A stretch of 28,585 nt of DNA from Bdellovibrionales bacterium (GTDB lineage Bacteria; Bdellovibrionota; Bacteriovoracia; Bacteriovoracales; Bacteriovoracaceae), in the NCBI GenBank assembly GCA_023250775.1, contig JAHFAA010000002.1, positions 1-28,585 of the forward strand, given 5' to 3'. Under the pieces are notes generated by a model. It did no database searches. It was given only the letters and a program-made list of their open reading frames with translations, and was not told the origin of the DNA. Every line of letters starts with the position of its first letter. Position 1 is the first letter of the stretch. The translations under genes were made by a program, and so were the position numbers. This document shows positions 9,947 to 17,149 of this stretch, in pieces.

Positions 9947-10878
9947 AAAAATTTGCTGTTCTAATTTCGGTTCTCGTGGTGCTGTTGAGTGTGGCCTTTT
10001 ATTCCACACAATTTTCTTCCGAGATTTTCTGGTTTTTACGCTTTCCGCGCATTATGACGGCCTGCTTGGCCGGTGGTGCTGTGGCCTTGTCAGGACTCCT
10101 CATGCAGAGCTATTTTCAAAATCCTTTGGCAGGGCCTGACATTCTCGGCATCCATAGTGGTGCAACTCTTTTTGTTGCTATGTGGTTTATGTTTTTTCAT
10201 AAAATGAGCGGAGTGTTGGCCACCCTGGGCCCGATTGGCTCAGCCTTGCTCGGTTCTTTTATGATGATGTTCGTTATTTCAGGTCTTGCGAAAAAAATTG
10301 GAAATAAAATGCTTCTCGTTTTACTTGGTTTATTTGCTTCTCAATTGGCCAGTGGGCTGCTCACCGTCGGTCTAAATTTCGCTCATCAAGATCACATTAA
10401 GGCCATCTTGCTTTGGTCATTCGGCACCTTCCAGCGAACCACTCTTTCCGATCTGCCTTTTCTTGTCCTTGCCTCGATTATTCCACTTTTATTGGCCATG
10501 CGAATGGCACCTCATTTGGATTTGCTTCATCTCGGGGAAACCTATGCTCGTTTAAGCGGGATGAACTTTAAAAAAATTTCGTTACAGATTATTTTGCTCA
10601 CAGGCTTTTCGACTGGATTGGTGGTGGCCTTTTGTGGTCCCGTCGCCTTTATCGGCTTGGCCGCAATCCATTTAAGTAAGATGATTTTTAAGACGGAGAG
10701 ACATGGGATTTTGATTCCAATCTCGTTTTTGATCGGAGCGATCATGGCCTTGACTGTTGAGTGCATCAACCTTGGGATGGCCCCACAGTCGCTGCCTTTA
10801 AATGCTCTTTTGGGAATTGTAGGCGCCCCTGTGATTCTCTTGTTCATTTATAGATTAAATTTTAGGCACGCATTTTAG
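9940..10878 (+). CDS. FecCD/BtuC-family ABC permease
   Basis: LRFPRIMTA, LSGLLMQSYFQNPLAGPDILGIHSGA, LGETYARLSGM and FCGPVAFIGLAAIHL. GTG start overlaps the upstream stop. Confidence 0.9.
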   Translation: MVKKFAVLISVLVVLLSVAFYSTQFSSEIFWFLRFPRIMTACLAGGAVALSGLLMQSYFQNPLAGPDILGIHSGATLFVAMWFMFFHKMSGVLATLGPIGSALLGSFMMMFVISGLAKKIGNKMLLVLLGLFASQLASGLLTVGLNFAHQDHIKAILLWSFGTFQRTTLSDLPFLVLASIIPLLLAMRMAPHLDLLHLGETYARLSGMNFKKISLQIILLTGFSTGLVVAFCGPVAFIGLAAIHLSKMIFKTERHGILIPISFLIGAIMALTVECINLGMAPQSLPLNALLGIVGAPVILLFIYRLNFRHAF

Positions 10879-10886
10879 GATGCATC

Positions 10887-11600
10887 ATGATTTTGTCGGT
10901 TAAAGATTTAAGCCTTGCCTACGTGAACGCTCACAAGCAAATTTCAAAAGTGCTGTTGGCCAATTTGAATTTTGATTTTACTCCGGGTAATTTTATGGGA
11001 TTACTTGGAAAGAATGGCAGCGGCAAGACGACATTATTGAAGACTCTGTCGGGTGTTATGGAACCTTGGCAGGGGCAAATTTATCTGGAAAATCATTCAC
11101 TGTATGATTTGGCTCCCTTGGCGCGTGCGCGAGTTGTGGCCATGGTCACGACTGTCTGGCCATCGAATATGCTCCTCTCCGGACGTGATGTCTTATTGCT
11201 CGGGCGTTATCCGTATTTAGCAGGATTGTCTTATCGTAAGGAAGATCATGATCTCATCTGTGAGTTGGCAGAAATTTTGAAGATTCAAGATTTTTTGGAC
11301 CGGCCATTTTTTGAATTGTCTGATGGGCAGCGACAAAAAATCATGATCGGTAGGGCCTTGGCGCAAAAAACTAAATTTATTTTCTTGGATGAGCCCTTTA
11401 CCTATTTGGATATGACGCAAAAAGACTGGCTCTTTGATTTTTTACGAAAATACGCACACGAACAGCAAGTGGGAGATTTATTTTCTACCCACGATCGTTT
11501 TATTGTTGATCAGCTAGATACAGTCTTGGCCCTTGATCACAAAGGCAGTGGCACCATTTTAGGCAGAGAGCATATTCAGGAGTATCTTGCCAGCTTTTAG
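10887..11600 (+). CDS. ABC ATPase, BtuD/FepC family
   Basis: Walker A GKNGSGKTT, signature variant LSDGQRQK, Walker B IFLDEP, H-loop STHD. Confidence 0.92.
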   Translation: MILSVKDLSLAYVNAHKQISKVLLANLNFDFTPGNFMGLLGKNGSGKTTLLKTLSGVMEPWQGQIYLENHSLYDLAPLARARVVAMVTTVWPSNMLLSGRDVLLLGRYPYLAGLSYRKEDHDLICELAEILKIQDFLDRPFFELSDGQRQKIMIGRALAQKTKFIFLDEPFTYLDMTQKDWLFDFLRKYAHEQQVGDLFSTHDRFIVDQLDTVLALDHKGSGTILGREHIQEYLASF

Positions 11601-12655
11601 ACGCCTGATAATTTTACCTTAGCGGTTTTAATTTTGCCGTCACGGACATACTTGATAGAAACTTCGTCGCCAATTTTCATCGTATCAAGTACATGAAAAA
11701 TATCGTCATAGCTGTTAACTTCCTTGCCATCAATTTCAATGATGATGTCGCCAATATAGTAACGACCCCATTCGTCTTGGCCCATTCCAGTTAATCCAGC
11801 TTTTTTCGCAGGGCCATTTTCATCAATATATGTGATGACAATGCCATCTTTGATACCAAAGCGTGCTTTTACATTCTCTGGCAAAACTCCGATTCCAAGT
11901 CCTGGGCGAATGACTTTTCCAAATTTAATAAGCTGAGGAACAATGCTCAGAATCGTGTCGACGGGGACGGCAAATCCAACCCCTGAGCTTGTACCACTAC
12001 CGCTGAAAATGACTGTATTCATTCCGATAAGAAGTCCTGAACTATTGAGCAGTGGCCCGCCCGAATTTCCAGGATTGATGGATGCATCAGTTTGAATCAT
12101 TCCATGAATCGTTACACCGCCAATACCTTCAATCTTTCGATCGAGCGCCGAGACAATTCCTTCTGTCAGTGTGTGGTCAAGACCAAAAGGGTTGCCTATG
12201 GCCACCGCTTTTTGGCCGACTAAAAGGTCATTGGAAGACCCAATATGTATAGGCACCAATTTTTTGGGCGGATTAACGAGCTTCAGAACGGCAATGTCTT
12301 TTTTTGGCTCCACTCCGACAAGCGTTGCCTCATATTGTGTTTTGTCATTTTGAAAAGACACTTGAAATTTAGTGGCATTTTGGACAACGTGGAAATTAGT
12401 GATGATGTGCCCTTGATCGTCCCAGACAATGCCCGTTCCGGCCCCTGCGGGCATTTCAAAGTCGCCATAAAACCATCCGCCATTGCGCTGCTGAATGGTT
12501 GAGACGTTCACGACAGAGTCAACATTATCTTGAAAAATCTTAATGGTATTTTTTTCACTTTCGATCAGGGCCTTGTTATTAGGCGACGAGGCACCTAGTA
12601 CAGTATGGAATGAAAGCGAGAAAAAGAGCGAAAAGATTGCTATGAATAGACGCAT
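11597..12655 (-). CDS. HtrA/DegP-family serine protease with a single PDZ domain (Deg1/HhoA-like)
   Basis: Catalytic triad in ITNFHVV, KDIAVL and INPGNSGGPL. C-terminal PDZ (GPAKKAGL...GDIIIEIDG). Start set at ATG 12655 (MRLFIAIF..., signal peptide) with SD GGAGG upstream. Confidence 0.95.
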   Translation of the reverse strand: MRLFIAIFSLFFSLSFHTVLGASSPNNKALIESEKNTIKIFQDNVDSVVNVSTIQQRNGGWFYGDFEMPAGAGTGIVWDDQGHIITNFHVVQNATKFQVSFQNDKTQYEATLVGVEPKKDIAVLKLVNPPKKLVPIHIGSSNDLLVGQKAVAIGNPFGLDHTLTEGIVSALDRKIEGIGGVTIHGMIQTDASINPGNSGGPLLNSSGLLIGMNTVIFSGSGTSSGVGFAVPVDTILSIVPQLIKFGKVIRPGLGIGVLPENVKARFGIKDGIVITYIDENGPAKKAGLTGMGQDEWGRYYIGDIIIEIDGKEVNSYDDIFHVLDTMKIGDEVSIKYVRDGKIKTAKVKLSGV

Positions 12656-12683
12656 TTTGCCCTCCTTATTGCTCCGCATATTG

Positions 12684-12712
12684 TTGTGGGAGCTGGATAT
12701 AAAGGATATAAT
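12684..12712 (+). promoter_or_regulatory. Candidate sigma70 promoter for psd
   Basis: TTGTGG at 12684-12689, a 17-nt spacer, and a perfect TATAAT at 12707-12712. Confidence 0.45.
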
Positions 12713-12740
12713 CACGTCTATTTAATTTTGCAAATAATTT

Positions 12741-13643
12741 ATGATGATTCAATTTTTCAATCGTGAAAAAGGTGTAGTTGAAGTCGAAAAAGTCTATGGC
12801 GATCGTGCCATAGAGTGGCTTTACAATTCTTTTCCAGGGCGTTTTTTTTCGAATTTTTTAATCAAGCGTTTTTTCAGTAAATGGTATGGAATGTACCAAA
12901 ATACTCGTTTGAGTCATCGTAAAATTCAACCATTTTTAACCAATTATGAAATCAGTTTGGATGAATATCTACCTGAAACGCCGAATGGCAATACGACTGT
13001 CCCATACCCCACCTTCAATAGTTTTTTTTGTAGACAATTTAAACCCGGAGCACGTCCTCTCTCTGAAGTTCAGGGTGAAATGCCGGCCTTCGCCGAGGCC
13101 AGATATTTTGGCCATCGTGAGATCTCTCCAAGCTTAACAATTCCGGTTAAGGGGGAGTACCTCACTGCATCACGATTGCTGGCTGATGAGCGCTGGGCAC
13201 CTCTTTTTCAAGGAGGGCCGATTCTTGTTGCTCGATTGTGCCCGGTTGATTATCACCGTTTCCATTTTCCTGATGATGGCAGGCCTCTGGATCACTACCG
13301 TATTTCCGGTTTATTTCATTCGGTAAACCCGCTTGCTCTTAAAAAGAAATCAGATATCTTTATCACCAATGAGCGACATGTAACGATCTTGGACACGGTT
13401 AATTTTGGGAAAATTGCTTATATTGAAGTTGGGGCCATGTTTGTAGGTAAAATTGTGCAAACTTTTTCTAAAAAAGTGTTCCGGCGTGGTGAGGAAAAAG
13501 GCTACTTTTTGTTCGGGGCCAGTACGGTCATTGTCATCGGTCAAAAGGGACTCTGGTATCCCACCCGTGACATCCTTGAGAACACTGAAAAAGGTATCGA
13601 AACTTTTGTGAAATTAGGTACTCGCGTCGCTGTCAAAAACTAA
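12741..13643 (+). CDS. psd: Phosphatidylserine decarboxylase proenzyme
   Basis: YPTFNSFFCR, ARLCPVDYHRFHFP, FHSVNP, NERHV, EVGAMFVGKI, and cleavage site variant GYFLFGAST. Confidence 0.93.
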   Translation: MMIQFFNREKGVVEVEKVYGDRAIEWLYNSFPGRFFSNFLIKRFFSKWYGMYQNTRLSHRKIQPFLTNYEISLDEYLPETPNGNTTVPYPTFNSFFCRQFKPGARPLSEVQGEMPAFAEARYFGHREISPSLTIPVKGEYLTASRLLADERWAPLFQGGPILVARLCPVDYHRFHFPDDGRPLDHYRISGLFHSVNPLALKKKSDIFITNERHVTILDTVNFGKIAYIEVGAMFVGKIVQTFSKKVFRRGEEKGYFLFGASTVIVIGQKGLWYPTRDILENTEKGIETFVKLGTRVAVKN

Positions 13644-14406
13644 GCTCTAATTTTACCGGGAAATGATCGGAAGGATAGACGCAATCGCTGCAGACGGGAT
13701 CAAAATCAATTCGCGTAATCTTGAAATTGTTTGAAACTAGAATCCAGTCAATTCTTTTTTTATCATCGTTGTGACCATCAAACTTGTGATGAGAACCGAT
13801 TTCTTGTTTTTTTAAGATAGCCCAAGGATCAACTATGTTAGGCAAAGAATGAAAGATTCTTTCCTGTACCCCGTCGAGTGGACCTTCGTTGAAGTCACCC
13901 ATGATGATCAAATATTTCGCCGTTATCTTTAATTTTTTTACTTCTTGCATGAGTACATTGATTTGTTCGAGGCGTGTTTCACCATGGAGATGGTCAAGAT
14001 GTGTGTTCAAGACTAATAAATCATCACCCGATTCAATATGGGCCAGATGGGCCCATATTGCCAAACGAGGAAATAAGCTATTAAAACTCAAACTGGCTGG
14101 GACATGCGGTGTTTTCGAAAGCCAAATGTCTCCGCTGCGAATCAGTTTAAAATACTGTTTATGAAAAAAAAGATTGGGGTACATTCTGTCAAACAGCCAC
14201 GTGCGATGCTGATCGACAATTTGGAGCGGCTCGATCTCGGGACAAAAATCTAAAATTTGAGGATGAAGACCTTCCTGTGTTCCAAGGATATGAGGGCCAA
14301 ATGCCTTGATACTTTTCAACCAGATGTTCTTACGAAAACACCATTGATGCTTGCCATCTTTTGGGTCGTCATAACGAATATTTGAGGTGATAATTCTTAA
14401 ATCCAT
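13633..14406 (-). CDS. Endonuclease/exonuclease/phosphatase (EEP) family protein
   Basis: IITSNIRYD, ILGTQEG, LNTHLDH, IIMGDFN, RIDWIL and YPSDHFPV. Confidence 0.92.
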   Translation of the reverse strand: MDLRIITSNIRYDDPKDGKHQWCFRKNIWLKSIKAFGPHILGTQEGLHPQILDFCPEIEPLQIVDQHRTWLFDRMYPNLFFHKQYFKLIRSGDIWLSKTPHVPASLSFNSLFPRLAIWAHLAHIESGDDLLVLNTHLDHLHGETRLEQINVLMQEVKKLKITAKYLIIMGDFNEGPLDGVQERIFHSLPNIVDPWAILKKQEIGSHHKFDGHNDDKKRIDWILVSNNFKITRIDFDPVCSDCVYPSDHFPVKLELSF

Positions 14407-14445
14407 TAAGTTAATTATAATCCGAAATGAGATATTATACGAAGC
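14407..14445. promoter_or_regulatory. 39-bp divergent control region with -10 boxes placed for leaderless starts on both strands
   Basis: Minus strand: TATAAT (14419-14414)-N7-ATG 14406. Plus strand: TATTAT (14433-14438)-N7-ATG 14446. The palindrome ATTATAAT lies at 14414-14421. No SD on either side. Confidence 0.45.
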
Positions 14446-15123
14446 ATGAGATTTAAAGGCCTTTTTAAAAAAATACTTTTTTGGTCGTTTACTTTAACCA
14501 TCCTGGCTTGTTTGCTGGGTATTGCTTATGTTTTCAAGAGCATTACCCCACTCTATGAGATTGATCAAAATAACAAAAGAATCTCAATTCTTGGTGGCAA
14601 ATATAAGCTTGAATTCAATAAGGATGTGCAGAAGAAAATCAAGGTAGCACTCCAGGAAAAGAATTTTCGGGTTTATTTGGACGGAGATATTGCCACAAAA
14701 AATTTTAATACAATTATGATTGATGCTGAGCAAACAGATATGTCCTTAGAGTCCTATGGTAAGAAATTGATCTATCATTGCCGTGCTTCAAGACAAAAAA
14801 GTGATTTGATTAAGACCGATGGTGATGAAATAAAGCTCAAAATCGATGGTGAGGCCATATGCCAGGTCGTTGTCCCAGAAGGCAAGAAGTTGGAGATCCT
14901 TTATCGCAGTGGCATCTTACGCTTGTATTCACTTGAGCAGGATTTGGATTTAAAAATTTTAGATGGTATGGTGATCTGGGGAATTCCCAATTATTCAAAA
15001 TTTAAGTTAAACCTAGAGATAGATGATGGTGACGTCTATGGAAGTAGGGATCGATTCAATAGTGATAAGGCCAAATATCATGCTGATATCAATGTAAAAA
15101 GTGCCATTATTTTCTTTCGTTAG
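14446..15123 (+). CDS. Hypothetical single-pass membrane protein with a periplasmic domain; C-terminus has DUF4097-like beta repeats
   Basis: Basic N-terminus followed by hydrophobic ILFWSFTLTILACLLGIAYVF. Late beta/Gly repeats (SGILRL, DGMVIW, DGDVYG). The domain name is tentative. Confidence 0.72.
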   Translation: MRFKGLFKKILFWSFTLTILACLLGIAYVFKSITPLYEIDQNNKRISILGGKYKLEFNKDVQKKIKVALQEKNFRVYLDGDIATKNFNTIMIDAEQTDMSLESYGKKLIYHCRASRQKSDLIKTDGDEIKLKIDGEAICQVVVPEGKKLEILYRSGILRLYSLEQDLDLKILDGMVIWGIPNYSKFKLNLEIDDGDVYGSRDRFNSDKAKYHADINVKSAIIFFR

Positions 15124-15218
15124 TTTTAAAATCAAAACATTAAACGCTTAACACTGCCTGAATATTGCAGGTTTTTTCTGCCGTGTTATACAGGTGTGAA
15201 TCATGAAGGGAGGTGACA

Positions 15219-15530
15219 ATGTCAAATGCGCAAAAAGTTCTCTCAACGTTCAAGCAAGAATTTGGAAATCTTTCCTATCGAGAGATTGCAAATTTAACAG
15301 GGATTCAGATGACGAGGGTCTTTCGCATTTTTAATCAGCAAGAGATGAAAGTTTCTGAGTATGAAAAGTTTAAGGATTTATTGTTGCAAAAAAAGACTGG
15401 GATAGCTCGCTTGAGAGAACTTTTGGATCAACACGCACTTTTTTTGCGTCCCTGTTTTGTGGGAAAACTCGAAAAATATATGGAGAGGGAAATCAAAATA
15501 ACAGGTCTCGTTCAGCGAGGAGGAAAATAA
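15219..15530 (+). CDS. Small XRE/Cro-like helix-turn-helix protein
   Basis: LSYREIANLTGIQMTRVFRIFN fits an HTH. ATG 15219 follows SD GGGAGG at 15208-15213. Confidence 0.78.
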   Translation: MSNAQKVLSTFKQEFGNLSYREIANLTGIQMTRVFRIFNQQEMKVSEYEKFKDLLLQKKTGIARLRELLDQHALFLRPCFVGKLEKYMEREIKITGLVQRGGK

Positions 15531-15531
15531 G

Positions 15532-16026
15532 ATGGGAAGTTTGATATTTTTGGAAAGAGTACTCTTAGAATCATTGTCCTCTGGACCAAAGAGTGTCTGT
15601 GAAATGTCTCGCGATTTAAATATCTCAGTCGCAGTTATCAAAAATATTTTGTTCAATATGACAAAAAATAATCTCGTTAGGTATCTGGGGGAAAAATATA
15701 TTTTGAATCGTGATAATCTTTCCCAAAGTATGGAACATCTCAATCAAGCCGAATCTCTATCTTGGGAGGCGCGCGAGATTCTAGATGGTATGGTTGAGCA
15801 AGACACTGAGCGACACCTATCACAGGCATCTTTTTTAAAGCTCCGAAAAATGTACCTATCTGATCGAGATCTGGTCTTTTTTAAGGCCCAACTCATCAAT
15901 TTAGAGAAATTTCTGGCCTCTCTTCCCGCTAAACCGAGCAAGAAAGAGAAAACTTGTGATAAAACTATCTTTTGCTGGGGGATGACCAACTATAATAATG
16001 TTTTGAAATCGATTTTAGTTAGATAA
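15532..16026 (+). CDS. Winged-helix (ArsR/MarR-like) DNA-binding protein with an unknown C-terminal domain
   Basis: VLLESLSSGPKSVCEMSRDLNISVAVIKNILFNMTKNNLVRY...YIL is a wHTH pattern. SD GGAGG lies in the end of the upstream gene; the gap is 1 nt. Confidence 0.78.
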   Translation: MGSLIFLERVLLESLSSGPKSVCEMSRDLNISVAVIKNILFNMTKNNLVRYLGEKYILNRDNLSQSMEHLNQAESLSWEAREILDGMVEQDTERHLSQASFLKLRKMYLSDRDLVFFKAQLINLEKFLASLPAKPSKKEKTCDKTIFCWGMTNYNNVLKSILVR

Positions 16027-16042
16027 TGGATTATGGATTTTA

Positions 16043-17149
16043 ATGATGAGTGATGTGACCCAAATCGATGTGGCAATAATAGGTGGTGGGATCGCCGGCC
16101 TTATGCTCGGGAACGAAGTCACTCGCCGATTTCCAAAATTGCATACGTTTGTTTTTGAAAAGGAACAATACCTCGCTGATCATACCACTGGTCGAAATTC
16201 GGGCGTGCTGCATTCAGGACTTTATTACCCGCAAAATTCCTTGAAGCATCGTCTTTGCCTCGAAGGTAATGAGCTGTGGGAAAGTCTAGGACGCGAGCAG
16301 AATTTCACCGTACAAAAATGTGGAAAATTTATATTTTGTAGCAACCTGGCTGAATTTGAAGGACTTGAAAAGCTGAAAGAACAGGCCAAGAAAAATTCTG
16401 TGCCCGGTGTTCGATGGGCCACGGCCAATGAGAAAAAAACGTTGCAGGCATATGCCAATATTCACGATGCCATTTTTGTACCATCCACAGGTTTCATTGA
16501 TGTTCCTTCCGCCATTAGTGCTTTAGAAAGGGCCATCTTAATCAATGGTGGAAATATTTTAAAAAATAATCAGGTGTCAAAAATCGGCCGGGATAATCAA
16601 GGAATCATTCTCGAAACCCGCGATGGCTCAATTAGTACTAAAATATTGATTAATGCGGCCGGGTTATGGAGTGTCGCTCTTGGAAAGCAAATTTGGCAAA
16701 ATGGGTTGGAGGATTACACGGTAAAAGGGAGTTATTTAAAATACTCTGGTGATTTTTATCGAGAGTCTTTTATTTATCCATGTCCTTTATCGAATTTAAA
16801 GGGACTTGGTGTTCATTCTACCTTTGATGTGAGTGGTGCAATTAAATTTGGCCCGAATGTAGAAGATGTTTCAACCATTGATTATGCCCTCAATTTACCG
16901 TTGCTAGAGCAGATGAAAACTGAAATTACCCGTTATTATCCTCATGTTGGTCTTGAACAGTTATCACCAGACTATTGTGGTATTCGAAGTAAGATACGCT
17001 CAAAGGGGCAGCTGTATCCTGATTTTTGGATTAAGGGACCGGCAGAGACTAAAGTTCCAGGGTATGTTGAGATCTGTGGTTATGAGTCACCAGGCCTTAC
17101 CGCCGCTCCGGCCATGGCACGCTTAGTGGTCAGTCTTCTTGAGATTTAA
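16043..17149 (+). CDS. FAD-dependent oxidoreductase, L-2-hydroxyglutarate oxidase (LhgO/L2HGDH)-like
   Basis: [58 protein letters not shown] and [12 protein letters not shown]. Confidence 0.88.
   Translation: MMSDVTQIDVAIIGGGIAGLMLGNEVTRRFPKLHTFVFEKEQYLADHTTGRNSGVLHSGLYYPQNSLKHRLCLEGNELWESLGREQNFTVQKCGKFIFCSNLAEFEGLEKLKEQAKKNSVPGVRWATANEKKTLQAYANIHDAIFVPSTGFIDVPSAISALERAILINGGNILKNNQVSKIGRDNQGIILETRDGSISTKILINAAGLWSVALGKQIWQNGLEDYTVKGSYLKYSGDFYRESFIYPCPLSNLKGLGVHSTFDVSGAIKFGPNVEDVSTIDYALNLPLLEQMKTEITRYYPHVGLEQLSPDYCGIRSKIRSKGQLYPDFWIKGPAETKVPGYVEICGYESPGLTAAPAMARLVVSLLEI

Noticed and set aside
11130-11500. BtuD-like ATPase lacking a Q-loop Gln, with LSDGQ instead of LSGGQ and Asp in GDLFSTHD; considered as a possible pseudogene
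   Set aside because: Walker A, Walker B and the H-loop are intact and the frame is full length. LSDG and a Q-less loop fit the Bacteroidota-like subfamily as I recall it.
12656-12715. N-terminal extensions in the ORF track (also 489-566, 2639-2668, 5094-5105, 21777-21794, 24781-24810)
   Set aside because: Downstream ATGs have better SD sequences and match family N-termini or signal peptides.
15157-15177. Hairpin CCTG-AATATTG-CAGG followed by a T run as a terminator for gene 14446
   Set aside because: The stem is only 4-5 bp, too weak to call. It is mentioned instead as a possible operator.
16026-16039. ATGGATT x2 tandem before the LhgO-like gene
   Set aside because: Two copies of a 7-mer are expected by chance; it may only supply a weak SD.
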